Shown here piece after piece: positions 27,851-38,600 of a stretch of DNA of 64,000 nt. Source of the DNA: Giardia intestinalis (Eukaryota). The stretch lies in the NCBI GenBank assembly GCA_000002435.2, contig CM018791.1, one strand, 5' to 3'. Under the pieces are notes generated by a model. The model was not told the DNA's origin, ran no database searches, and saw nothing but the letters and a program-made list of their open reading frames with translations. Position 1 is the stretch's first letter, and each line of letters begins with the position of its first letter. The translations under genes and the position numbers were made by a program.

Positions 27851-29446
27851 CTACAGGGACATGCTCCTACTCTCAAGGAGCCCTGGGATAAGCACCTCTT
27901 CAGCAGGCCTGCCATCATCCGGTGTGCGATAGAAGGGAGCGAGCTCGTCCTGGTTCAACCTATCTGCAGCTGTGTTAACCGTTGCATGAACAATTCTGTG
28001 TGATTGGTTGTGGCTGTATCGCTCGTCTGCAGGATTCAGCCAGGTGTGATCTCCAGAATGATGGAATATGTCATGGAGAAGAGTCCCGGGTCTATTACAT
28101 GACCAAAAACGCATATCCTTATCGTCCCCGATGGTTGCTAGTACATGTCCGTTGGGATGATATGCTAAGTCTAAGATCTGCTGCGTGTCCTTTGTGCTTC
28201 TGTGCGCTCTAGTAATCGTTTCGAGTGGGCGCAAGTGTATAGGATCGCTGGAATGCTCTGACGTACTTATCCCTAGTACGCTTTCCAGTGTTACTTCATC
28301 CAGAGAGGAGACAGGGTAGGTGCCGGAAATGTTGACTTCATGGGCCACAGCCAGGTCAAAGAAGGACACGTTCCCCCCGCTGTCACCCACGGCAAAAGTG
28401 CTGGGCAAAACAGGATTCCACTTCATGCACGTAGGGTCATTATTTAAGGAAACCATGTAAATGGGTTCGGAGGGGTTGCGTATGTCATAGATACGTACTC
28501 GCTTATCGCATGATCCAACAACGTAAATGCTGCCTGAGCTGTGCCAATTCAAAAAGGAGATCTTATTTTCACGTGGGACCTTTGCAGAAAGGATATGCGC
28601 ATGGCTACCCACAGGGTCTTTCTTGCTCTTCGTGTTTATTCGCAGATCCCAGATTGAAATTCCGCCTGTGTACTCTCCTATTAGCAGCAGGGGAGAGAAC
28701 GGGTGGCAGGCAAGGGAAGTCAAGCTACTGTCAAATCCAGTTATAGTGATCAAAGTCTTGAAACACGTATCAACCGAGTTACTGAGGTGCGACACGATTG
28801 CTGTCTTATCACAACATGTGACAAAGTGAGACCCATCACCTGCAACAGCCATATCTGTGATACAGCCCTTATGGACCTGCTTTCCATAGCACTCCTTACT
28901 CGGTAACCGATTGAGAAAATTATCTAGATATACGACATATCCGTTGCCTGACGAAGTGAGGATATCGTTTTCCCCCGTGGGGAGGACGCGGAGCCTAGTT
29001 ATGAACGCCGATGAGCCGCTTTCCTTTCCGACCTTGTGAATAGTCTCCATGTAAAAGTAGGAAAAGTCGTACGTGTTATGGTACACGATGTCCCCACGCT
29101 CTATCCCCGCGAGAATAAAGCGCCCGTCGCTATTGAACTCACAACAGCGCATCTGGACATAGTCCTTTTTTGACTCCGAAACCTCGACCTTCTTGTGCTG
29201 GATGTACTTATCTAGTACGGGATCTAATGGTACATACATCCGGGAGTAGCAATTGAGAGGAAGTGGGACATCTGTCAAGCGAGGAAAATGAGACTGATTC
29301 ATGAGGTCTGCTAAGTAGAGCATATGGTTGTTAGCATAATCAATTGTCTTGTTGGCTTTGGCCTTCGAGATAGAGGTCCCATTCTTCTGCTGAACAACAG
29401 GGCCTGAATCGCGGCCATGGTGACCATGGTTGTGGCTATGATGCAT
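27851..29446 (-). CDS. WD40-repeat protein, probable polyadenylation factor subunit PFS2/WDR33 homologue, with a His-rich N-terminus (MHHSHNHGHHG).
   Basis: WD repeats (GGISIWDL, DKRVRIYDI, DKDMRFW). The C-terminal block LAYHPNGHVLATIGDDKDMRFWSCNRPG aligns by eye with yeast Pfs2 ...NPVGHIFATAAKDRTIRFWTRARP, and MKWNPVLPSTFAVGDSGGNVSFFDL aligns with Pfs2 WHPINESMFTLACYDGSLKHFDL. Confidence 0.6.
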   Translation of the reverse strand: MHHSHNHGHHGRDSGPVVQQKNGTSISKAKANKTIDYANNHMLYLADLMNQSHFPRLTDVPLPLNCYSRMYVPLDPVLDKYIQHKKVEVSESKKDYVQMRCCEFNSDGRFILAGIERGDIVYHNTYDFSYFYMETIHKVGKESGSSAFITRLRVLPTGENDILTSSGNGYVVYLDNFLNRLPSKECYGKQVHKGCITDMAVAGDGSHFVTCCDKTAIVSHLSNSVDTCFKTLITITGFDSSLTSLACHPFSPLLLIGEYTGGISIWDLRINTKSKKDPVGSHAHILSAKVPRENKISFLNWHSSGSIYVVGSCDKRVRIYDIRNPSEPIYMVSLNNDPTCMKWNPVLPSTFAVGDSGGNVSFFDLAVAHEVNISGTYPVSSLDEVTLESVLGISTSEHSSDPIHLRPLETITRAHRSTKDTQQILDLAYHPNGHVLATIGDDKDMRFWSCNRPGTLLHDIFHHSGDHTWLNPADERYSHNQSHRIVHATVNTAADRLNQDELAPFYRTPDDGRPAEEVLIPGLLESRSMSL

Positions 29447-29603
29447 CTGACTAAGCGTATGTAAGAAGCCCGCAGTTCACTGACTCTTCCCGAGAAACGC
29501 AGCTGCTGTGACTGAGGTCAAGAGGCTGGTGCACCGACTTGTTTGAATTGGGTTAATGGACAGAATAAATGAAAAGACAGCAAACAAAGTGGAGAAAGTA
29601 TAG

Positions 29604-30251
29604 ATGTGGCTTTTCGTGTCCCTTCTTGTGGCTGCTGCGTCATCATGCTTCAATAACCCTAAGCTTATTCTGAAGGAGAAGGTGCTGTGTGTTTCTTATG
29701 AGGCTCCAGCCAAGAAGCAATGTTCCCTCCAGGCCAGAGAGATGTACAAGGCAAAGCTTGAGTTTGAGGCTAAGGATGGGCAACAGGTGGTCTACCATAA
29801 TCACAACGCCGTTTACGGAGCCATAGACGCTTGTTTTGTCAACACGGACCACCACTTTACCTTTGCAAAGGGACAAGTTCAGTTTACCATGGGAAATGAA
29901 ACAGTAGCGGTAACAAATATAGAGGCTAATGAGCTCATCTATGTTTCCTTGGCACCTGGGTCTGGCCCTGCTCCCTCAAAGGGGGAGACTGTGATGGCTC
30001 ATTACACTGGGATGTATCTCAACGGAACAGTCTTTGACACATCGCGCAAGAGATCCTTCCCATTCATGTTCCACTTAGGCCAGAATGAAGTCATCTCTGG
30101 CTGGGATCTCACTTTTGCGTCTATGCAAGCCAAGGAAAAAGGCATTATCGTTGTTCCTTATCAATATGGCTACGGAGAGCAGGGAATTCCCCCTACGATT
30201 CCCCCCAGATCTACCCTTGTTTTCGAAGTAGAACTAGTTCAGATAAATTAA
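29604..30251 (+). CDS. FKBP-type peptidyl-prolyl cis-trans isomerase with an N-terminal signal peptide (ER/secretory FKBP).
   Basis: C-terminal domain GETVMAHYTGMYLNGTVFDTSRKRSFPFMFHLGQNEVISGWD...GIPPTIPPRSTLVFEVELVQI matches the FKBP12-like fold consensus. Hydrophobic N-terminus MWLFVSLLVAAASS. Confidence 0.85.
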   Translation: MWLFVSLLVAAASSCFNNPKLILKEKVLCVSYEAPAKKQCSLQAREMYKAKLEFEAKDGQQVVYHNHNAVYGAIDACFVNTDHHFTFAKGQVQFTMGNETVAVTNIEANELIYVSLAPGSGPAPSKGETVMAHYTGMYLNGTVFDTSRKRSFPFMFHLGQNEVISGWDLTFASMQAKEKGIIVVPYQYGYGEQGIPPTIPPRSTLVFEVELVQIN

Positions 30252-30290
30252 TCCAGCAGATATTGCATCCTTTGATACTGGGGTGTGGAT

Positions 30291-33275
30291 TTACTCTAAG
30301 ACACTTAAGAAAGTAAACAGCTCATTCTCAATACCTGGCACAATGCCTCTACTGCCCAGTGATGCAATTCTCTGCTCTTCGGCGCCGATCAGGGGACCAA
30401 ATATGGACTTAAGTAGTGGTGAACTGTTTGCTAAAACAATGCTAGATAGATCTACCTGAAGCTGACACGGAAGCAATTTGTCTGCTCGGGCCTTTGCTTG
30501 GGCTGTGAAGGCATCTGCAAGCCCCTGAAGCGCAGTCTTTCCAATAAACGCCATAAGCAAATAGGGCATTGCAGATGCAAATCTGGCAAGAGAGGAATTG
30601 AAGGTGGCTGCTATCCTTAGCGCCAGATTAGAAGGCAGAGGAGAAGCTGCAGCTGACGTTTGTACACTGGCCTGCCTAAATGCTTGAGTCACTTCTGGAA
30701 GAGAGAGAACATCCTTGATAATTGCTGTGCTTACGTGCTTGATCACAGATTGAAGTGATCTAGAAGAACAGCGGTAAAGGTCACGCAAAACAAAGAAGTA
30801 ATCATTAATAGTGATCGGGTCGAGCTGTTTCTTTAGCATGGAGCGCAAATTATTAGCGCTAGATGGGATGACCGTAGCAATCATAAAACAAATGGAAGAA
30901 ATGAGAGCATATCCATAGTTGTACTGATACTCTGTCACGTTTCTTGCAGCTGATGCTATGCCCTGAGACGCTATGGAGCTCTTTGCACGCTCAATACCTG
31001 CCAAGGATAGATCTACCTCACCCAGCTTTGCAACCATGTACTCCATTATTTTTGCTGTCAAACCAGAGAATATCCGGCGCAGGTCTGGTACAAGGACCTT
31101 GAAGTCTATGAGATTTGCGTACGAGACATATATGCTCTTAACGAAACTAAGTGTGGCCGCTACGATGTCAAAGATTGGCATGACAGTGTTGAGGAGGGTC
31201 ACCAGTTGGACCGGTGCATCCTTAGACTTCACGCGAATAAACGGCTCGAGTACGTCTTCTAACGATACACTGCTGGACAAGCTGTAGGACATATCTATGG
31301 ACAGTCTCTCCCGAGCTGTCTCTGCGTCTGCCTGGGCTGCTACCCCACCAGGACCTGTAGCAGAATTGGTATCCCCTCCAATCAGATCTGGAAAGACGGT
31401 AACAAGAAGCTTACCAAGGAGATCGTGAAAGGGAAGAAGCTGCTCGATGCATAAGAGAAGATTCAGATAGGGGAATGTCTGGAACTTAGCTAGCTTAACA
31501 CAGGGCGGCTTTACCGTACTTGACCGACTAGTGTTTGCACTTGACCGCTTATTAATCCGATGATCATGCCAGTACCCATCTGCAAAGGTAAATCCATTGT
31601 TGAGTTGGACTATTGTTTCTGTGGTTACCGGTAGAAACTGATAGAAGGTCAAGGATACATCGTCTATTTCTTTGGTTACTATAGAATATTCATAAGTCCT
31701 GTAGGCACACAAATCGCTTAGCTCAAAGTACTTAGCTGTTGCAGATAGGAGGCTGCTGATAAGACCTGTGATAGTCTTCCGAAAGTGGGTTGCCAATCCC
31801 AACCCTGTGAACAAGTCGGATGTGAGCAGATCATACGTTTGCTTGAGGATGTCATTGAGCGAGGAAAAGGATTGCTGGAGAACAGAGGGGGTGTAGGATG
31901 CAAGAAAGCTTTTGTAGCTACCTGTCAACTGAGCACAAATCTTGCCTATGGTGTCCTGCGCCCAGAGAAACACCTTGGAGTTTAAGCGGTGAACAATCTC
32001 CGCATCTGTGTACGGCTCCAACAGATTGATAAACATGAGAGCTCTGTTTATGGAATCTTTCATGCGACCAACATTGGTAATAAAGTTAACTTCAAAGGTG
32101 GTTAGATTCGTTGTTTTATAGTTAAAGACCTTTAGCTTAGCTGGTTGCGCTGACATTGAGCAATCATAGAGTGACGAGCCACCGAGATAGATGTTGACTA
32201 TTGCTTCACCAATCCCCAGATAGTGAATCATGCGGAGAATTGTGCGTTGAAGAGTCAGAACAGACCCAGGTTCTTGATTGTCTTCTCGTGGCAATAGGAA
32301 TGACTCACTTTCGTTCAAAATTTTGAAGTCCGCAACAACCGCTTTCTCCGCATCCGATGGCCGTGTGAATATAGTCATGTAATCGTTAAGAATGGTTATG
32401 TGATGGGAATTGATGGAGTCAGTGTCTTTGATGTTAAAGGACCGCGTTTGTTTAAAGATTAAACTATTTCTAAATGAGTCAAAAGTAGTAGCATCCCCAG
32501 TAAGAAGGAAGTTGGATGCCTGCGTAACAAAGCACTGCTTTAATTGATTCTCGAGATTGCGAACAGAAATTCGCTGATTGTCTGGAATGTCGAAGTTAGA
32601 GGAGGCGCGTGAGATAAGGTCTGGTATCGATAAGACAGTGTGACCCATGGATATGCTGTTACTATGAGGGGCTATAGGCTGGGAAAAATCCAATGTTCCT
32701 GCCAATTGAAGAAGAACATAGGCTTGGACAAGTCTGTTTTCTGCAATGCAAAGACGCACCTGTGCCTCAAGATTGCGGAAGGATACCAATGGAGTTAACG
32801 ATAGAACGTCATCCCTAGCATCAGCTACAATCACAGCCTCTTGAGAGGAAGGTTGACCCATGGGTTCAGCCTCATGCCCTGTGATATCGCCCTCCGCTTC
32901 ATTTAATTCACCAGATATACCCTGCACATTTCCATGCCTGTACTCCTTCTGCATAGCTGAGATCACTTGGGCACAAGATTGAGAGAGTTCTGATAGGCGT
33001 GCTTGACATGTAACACAATTGGCAATGAGGCCATTGAGACGGGTGACGGAGTGTCCCATGGAGTCTGCAGAACGCGACGCAGCTATTATCGTGGATAAAT
33101 CCGTTCCTGTTTCCTTCTTCTGGAGGTAGTCGGTATCTGCCTTCAGTCTATCAATGGCAGGGCCCAAGTGCTCTGCCTCTTTCCCATACTTTTTGAGGAA
33201 CTGGGTAAGAAACGCGTGTGCGCTAAAGTCAGGCGACGTGAAGTTTGCCTTTTGCAAAACTGCAAACACGTCCAT
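30291..33275 (-). CDS. Hypothetical protein (994 aa). The N-terminal region (FTSPDFSAHAFLTQFLKK...) faintly resembles N-termini of multisubunit tethering-complex subunits; unconfirmed.
   Basis: Long ORF with protein-like composition. Its ATG (33273-33275) directly abuts the stop codon of the upstream gene. Confidence 0.65.
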   Translation of the reverse strand: MDVFAVLQKANFTSPDFSAHAFLTQFLKKYGKEAEHLGPAIDRLKADTDYLQKKETGTDLSTIIAASRSADSMGHSVTRLNGLIANCVTCQARLSELSQSCAQVISAMQKEYRHGNVQGISGELNEAEGDITGHEAEPMGQPSSQEAVIVADARDDVLSLTPLVSFRNLEAQVRLCIAENRLVQAYVLLQLAGTLDFSQPIAPHSNSISMGHTVLSIPDLISRASSNFDIPDNQRISVRNLENQLKQCFVTQASNFLLTGDATTFDSFRNSLIFKQTRSFNIKDTDSINSHHITILNDYMTIFTRPSDAEKAVVADFKILNESESFLLPREDNQEPGSVLTLQRTILRMIHYLGIGEAIVNIYLGGSSLYDCSMSAQPAKLKVFNYKTTNLTTFEVNFITNVGRMKDSINRALMFINLLEPYTDAEIVHRLNSKVFLWAQDTIGKICAQLTGSYKSFLASYTPSVLQQSFSSLNDILKQTYDLLTSDLFTGLGLATHFRKTITGLISSLLSATAKYFELSDLCAYRTYEYSIVTKEIDDVSLTFYQFLPVTTETIVQLNNGFTFADGYWHDHRINKRSSANTSRSSTVKPPCVKLAKFQTFPYLNLLLCIEQLLPFHDLLGKLLVTVFPDLIGGDTNSATGPGGVAAQADAETARERLSIDMSYSLSSSVSLEDVLEPFIRVKSKDAPVQLVTLLNTVMPIFDIVAATLSFVKSIYVSYANLIDFKVLVPDLRRIFSGLTAKIMEYMVAKLGEVDLSLAGIERAKSSIASQGIASAARNVTEYQYNYGYALISSICFMIATVIPSSANNLRSMLKKQLDPITINDYFFVLRDLYRCSSRSLQSVIKHVSTAIIKDVLSLPEVTQAFRQASVQTSAAASPLPSNLALRIAATFNSSLARFASAMPYLLMAFIGKTALQGLADAFTAQAKARADKLLPCQLQVDLSSIVLANSSPLLKSIFGPLIGAEEQRIASLGSRGIVPGIENELFTFLSVLE

Positions 33276-35645
33276 TTATTCTTTTATTTCTATTCCCAGG
33301 TCGCCTGCACTGTCATCAGAAGGTCCATAGGAGTCAGATAGTTGCATCTGATCATCGCTCATAACAACCATGTATTTCTGTATTTCAAACTTGATCAATC
33401 CCCGCAGAGATTGATAGGATGTGCCGCTTCTGGCACCTCCACCAGTTCCAGATCGAGTCTGAGGCCGCTCCACGTGGGGCTCTCCCAGCTCATCAATGTT
33501 CTCGAGGTCTGCTGCTTCTTCCAAAGCTAGTATATTCAGTGCTTGGTTTCCAAACTTCAGGGCCTCGTGTGGGCTAACTACCAGAACAGAATCATAGCTC
33601 ACCCATCTAGCTGCGTGGGTCAACGCAGCCCAGCCATCTGCGTCAGTCATGTTACACTCAAAGGGAATAGTTATGTTCAGGGCCCTAGAATGATCATAAA
33701 TGGCACTAAACATGCTTGCAGTAAGCCCACATAAATTTTGACAACGCACTTGCCCCTCTATATGAACAAGTAGGTGAAGAGCATATAGATCGTCGAGGAT
33801 TGCTGCTCGCATGAGGGCAGTCTGCCCCTTATCATCTAGGGCGCCGTTGCACTCTGCTACGCAAACAGGATAAAAAGGCACTTGATGGATCATGGCAAAT
33901 GCTAGCTCCGAGGGCGTTCCCTTCTGCTTGCGCGTGCTGCTTTCATTGCCTCTATCATCCGCGGACTGTTGCGCAATTCCTCTGTGTTTAGACAGAGGCC
34001 GAAGCAAAGGTCGTGACATCGGCCTGTGAGATGCAGCACGGCTTTTGAAGGAAGCAGGTAGCCGGCCAGATGCATAGAAGTGGCGACCAGTCAAGTATTC
34101 CAGGTGCTTTGCCTCAAATATGTCTAACATAATCATAGCTTCATAGAAGGCAACTGCAGAATTGAGTTGGACAATACCGCACTCAAGAGCGGCTTGATAT
34201 GCATACAAAAAGCCCGGTGTCCCCCCATTCGTGTCTGGTCCCTTGCTTACGCGTGCACAGTTAATGCAGCACTCAGATGGAGCAAGCAGCAGCGCGACCT
34301 CCATCGCATTGGATATGGCCATGAAGCTTGGGAATTTCATCTGAAGAGACGCATAGTCCATGCTCTTCGATAAAGCATCTGCTGTCGCTGTCATAGAATG
34401 CTTCACGTGGTCCTCGTGGGGTAGTAGAGGCTGCCAGGGCATGGCCTGAGTCGCTGAGTATAATAGCCAACAGATTGAGCACGAGCCTATCAAGCAAGAC
34501 AGATTGTTACCTGTCATGTTAACTTGAAGCCTCGCTGTTGATATGTACTCTACCGAATGCTGAAGATGATACAAGTGGAAAGACTGAATAGCTAAGGAAT
34601 ATAGCTTGGGCACAAACACAGCGAGGTTGTGAAGGAAAGAAAGGTCTGCTGCATGCTCAACCAGTGTTTCAAGGGACAGCAGGAAGCACGACTTTGCGTC
34701 TTGATGATGGTGCCCAGCACAGACCCGGGACAGAAGTCTCACATGCGCAACATCCCCTGCAGCGACTGCCCTATGAAGAGGATAGATGCTGTATCCATTC
34801 TGTGACACAATGTGCATCCCTCGCCTGATGTAGGACGTTGCCATCATACTGCGATAGTATTCGTTAGCTTTCAGAGAGCTAAGTCTTCTGTCTGCATCTT
34901 TGCATGTTACCAAATGATAGAGAGCATTAGAGTAGATTGTACAGAGCTTTAAATTGGACAGTTCCTCCTTTAAGCTGAGGCGCTTCTCGTGCTTATAGCT
35001 AGCTTCTCGATTAAAGAAAGTTAATGAGAGTAATAGCTTTCCTAGCTGGTAGAACACATAGTCCTCTAGGGCACTCAGGTTATGAGTAAAGCCAAGAGGG
35101 TGCTCAGAGATGCTAGAGAGTGTATCATAGTCTACATACCTTTTTAGATCAAGCTGAACACGCAGAATGCCATAGTTATCCAATCTTAGGCATGCTATAT
35201 CAATGATGTTATCAAGAAGAGTCTTGATGGCATCGTGAGAAAGAAAGATTCTTTTGTCAGTGTACTCAGACAATACATAACTAAGCAGCTCCACTAGATC
35301 CGTGTATAAAAAGGACAGGACAGCACTCGAGAACGGATCCTTAGCAGGAATGGCATACTTCGTGGCCACGGTCTTATCTAGAGCTAGGTCAAGTCGTCGT
35401 TTCAAAGACGGCTGCAGAGTATATCCAGAAAAAACTCGTGATGGTCCCTTGTTCTCTAGCTGGATAGTGTATATAGGAGCTAAGCTGGGGTGCCTTATGG
35501 TCGCAAGAGCGGTGACAAGGTCTCTAGATATATATGGAAGAGAAGTCATATGGACCAGAACACCCGATACGCGACTTATCATAAGCGATCCACCATCACG
35601 CACCCCCCGGACAAACAGGACAGGTGCTATGTTGGCTTCCCGCAT
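33276..35645 (-). CDS. Ankyrin-repeat protein ('21.1'-type) with a degenerate NEK-kinase-like N-terminal region.
   Basis: Ankyrin-like units (PLHRAVAAGDVAHVRLL; GQTALMRAAILDDLYALHLLV; DGWAALTHAARW). N-terminal ...IRHPSLAPIYTI... resembles NEK subdomain IV/V, but no intact catalytic motifs. Confidence 0.55.
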   Translation of the reverse strand: MREANIAPVLFVRGVRDGGSLMISRVSGVLVHMTSLPYISRDLVTALATIRHPSLAPIYTIQLENKGPSRVFSGYTLQPSLKRRLDLALDKTVATKYAIPAKDPFSSAVLSFLYTDLVELLSYVLSEYTDKRIFLSHDAIKTLLDNIIDIACLRLDNYGILRVQLDLKRYVDYDTLSSISEHPLGFTHNLSALEDYVFYQLGKLLLSLTFFNREASYKHEKRLSLKEELSNLKLCTIYSNALYHLVTCKDADRRLSSLKANEYYRSMMATSYIRRGMHIVSQNGYSIYPLHRAVAAGDVAHVRLLSRVCAGHHHQDAKSCFLLSLETLVEHAADLSFLHNLAVFVPKLYSLAIQSFHLYHLQHSVEYISTARLQVNMTGNNLSCLIGSCSICWLLYSATQAMPWQPLLPHEDHVKHSMTATADALSKSMDYASLQMKFPSFMAISNAMEVALLLAPSECCINCARVSKGPDTNGGTPGFLYAYQAALECGIVQLNSAVAFYEAMIMLDIFEAKHLEYLTGRHFYASGRLPASFKSRAASHRPMSRPLLRPLSKHRGIAQQSADDRGNESSTRKQKGTPSELAFAMIHQVPFYPVCVAECNGALDDKGQTALMRAAILDDLYALHLLVHIEGQVRCQNLCGLTASMFSAIYDHSRALNITIPFECNMTDADGWAALTHAARWVSYDSVLVVSPHEALKFGNQALNILALEEAADLENIDELGEPHVERPQTRSGTGGGARSGTSYQSLRGLIKFEIQKYMVVMSDDQMQLSDSYGPSDDSAGDLGIEIKE

Positions 35646-35669
35646 CTCTGTGTTCCTTTAAAATACTTT
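35646..35669. promoter_or_regulatory. 24-bp divergent spacer (tctgtgttcctttaaaatacttt) between the ankyrin gene start (-) and the Trm3-like gene start (+); putative compact bidirectional promoter.
   Basis: ATG at 35643-35645 (- strand) and ATG at 35670-35672 (+ strand), with an AT-rich tract immediately 5' of the + strand ATG. Confidence 0.4.
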
Positions 35670-38600
35670 ATGGCCCTCGACAGCTGCCAACTCTTACTTT
35701 TGGCGCTGCAATCCGTGACAGAGTTACCGCCTTCTGCGAAACAGAACGAACTGTTACTCGGCATCTATGACTCAATACCAGATGGCGACCGTGGCAGCGT
35801 CATTTCAAAAGTCCTTGACAGCTGTGAGGAAAAGGCTGCTTTGGCTCTTTGTACCGCTATTCCTGATGTCGTGTATCTTGATACTGATATCCTCAAGCGT
35901 ACTACTTATCTTGTATCGCGTGCTCTTTCACAGGGCAAGGTTTCCTTTCTGGTTGTTCCCGATGTATTCAATCCGGAAAGCGCAGCTCGCGATTGTATAC
36001 TGTCCGTTGCATACTTTGTTTTGAAGGACCCCGTGTCCATTGCATTGTATTCGAATCTCTTCTCAGTGTTTCTAGAGGACTACGCAGCCTCAGCAAACGA
36101 AGTTTCGCACATTGCTACTATTCACGATCCTCTTCCTTCAATTGGCCTGCATCTAGCCGAGGCAGCAACCTCTGCTCTTCGAATATTGGAGCCAACACAC
36201 CTTATTCTGGTGCTTGCTGCCTGGTATTCTGCCACTAGATCATCACTACTACCCCCTTCTGTTTGCAATGGTCTAGAGACGCTCTATAGACAGGTATCAT
36301 CTGCTGAGCTATTTGACTCTATCGACCCCAAAATCGCTCTGGCTAGTTGTGACTTACTCTTAGATTTACTATCACTAATCTTAAAGAACGAAGGCCTGGA
36401 CCACGTGGTTGGATATTTGAACCCGCAGATAAAAGCATGCAGGCATTTGGAATTGATCTCTTCTTTGCTTTCTCTTGCAGGCTGTCTTTTACCATCTCTG
36501 CTTAAAAACCAAGCTATTGACTGCAAGCCTATTCATTCGCTCATCTCTATGTCTGCATACATTGTGGGCTTGGGATCGTCAGCTGCAGTCAAGCGCATAG
36601 CTCCTTTTCTTAAGGTTGTGTTACCAATTTATGGAGTTGACGCCACCTTTTCCACTGCGCTTTTGATGCTTCTCGACTCAATTGAGTCTGCTAGTAGTTT
36701 GCACCTTGTCATCCCTGCCTTTCAGCGGTTTGGTCCACAGCTGTTTTCATATATGAATAGTGCCAATGGAACTAACCAGGCTTCCTTAGAACAATCTCCA
36801 ATCTTGCTACTTTTATATAATTTTTTACACAGGGCTATGACACTCACACTTCTTCCCATACGGCGCTTTTATTTGCATATTTTACCCTTGATAGCAATCG
36901 GATTTATATCAACCTTTAAGGTTCCTACGACTCTTTTTAGACCTCTCTTCATGGCTTGCAGCATGCTCCCAGCGATTTCAGGGGTCCAAGAGCAACGATT
37001 TGCTCGGAGTGATAACGCTCGTAAGAGGATTGCTCAAGAGCGAAACCGTAGTCTTCACGTTCCAGCTGAAGAAAAAGATCATATCATCGATCAAACCATT
37101 TCCACCCCATATCAACTATTTGGCAATTGCGTCTTTCTCTCCCCAGATACTGACTATCAGGCAACTCCGTTTGAAGACAGGGATATAGAGGACATTTTTC
37201 CTCTCACGGACGCTTTCATGTCCTCTGTCTCCTCCGCTATTGATGAAACACTTGAGAATATTGCGATCGGATACTACGCCTTGGCTAAGAAATACAACAA
37301 CCTCTGCGTCGGCTCGCCTTTGGTGACAGATAATACAGTGTATCGAGCGGTTGTCTCACAAATGCTGTTACAATCGGTGTCGTGTAGGCAGGATCCTATT
37401 ATCTCACTTTCAAATCTCTGCGTTATTATTGGTGCAGCCAATGCATACACCTTCCCGAGCGTCCTCTTTGTTGTCATCAATTCTGCAGTATCGATTATTG
37501 AGTCTTGTCTTTCTACTTACACAGATGGACTAACTGCCTCGAGTAGTTCGAATACCATTGGTGAGTCGGACACCTACGTTGTTCCGGATGATCTTTCTAC
37601 CAAGGCTCTAGAGTCATTCAAGCAGCTTTATTATTCTGTTCTAAACGTTAATCGCATTCATAGACCGTTCTTTATGACAATCTTATTCAAATTAGCACTC
37701 TCCTTGTCACAGCTGTGCAATTTTATGCCATCTGATATCATGACAAGCTTTATGCATCAAGCATTTCAGCTCACCACCTTTCCACAGGACTCCGCTATTC
37801 TTACCAAGTGGGTAGCGCTAGCAGAGCAAAGAAGACTATCTACCCTTGATTTACTCGTCACCCTCTTTCTTTGTGTCCTCTGCAAAAGACCCATCCCCGC
37901 TCTGAAGCAACCTATTATAGATATCTTGAGTGTAGATGAATCGTTCTACTCACTTCTCGGTGATGTAGAGCATCCATCTATGGTAGAGCTGCTCCAGAGA
38001 GCACCAGACTACGTCGGTGAGCTTGTTAGTCTATTGCATAGTAACCTTTCGTGCACAGTCGTATTGAAGGGCGCGCTTAATATTCTAAGATATGGGTACA
38101 GAACAAAGACACCGTCAGATTCAATGCTCGTCCTCCACTCTGACGTTTGGTCAATGATTGCCCCAGACATTCCATTCCTGTCCCCGCTTATCATGAAACA
38201 CATTCCTAACCCAGATCATCGAGGGCTAGCATTCGCTTTGAACAACCTTTCACTGGAAACCATTTCCTATCAGCTTTGCTCCAACACTAATGGAGCTAAT
38301 GCCTTTATAGATGTTGTACGCAGTCTTATGGATGATTGGGAAGCTTTTTCAGAAACGCATACGGCTTCCTTCTTTGGTATGCTAAGTGACATATGCTTGG
38401 TTTGCACGAGAACTATGCATCGATTGCGCAATGATAAGACACTGGTAGAGCGCTTGGAGCAGCTCATTTGCGAAGTCTGTGAGACAGTATTTCAGACTGC
38501 GAACAACGAGGTAAGTGGGTGTGCAAAGGGTATGTACTTTCACTTGGTCTCTAAAGTACTTTTCAGCGAACATGTTATTGATGCACTCTGGCTACTGCAC

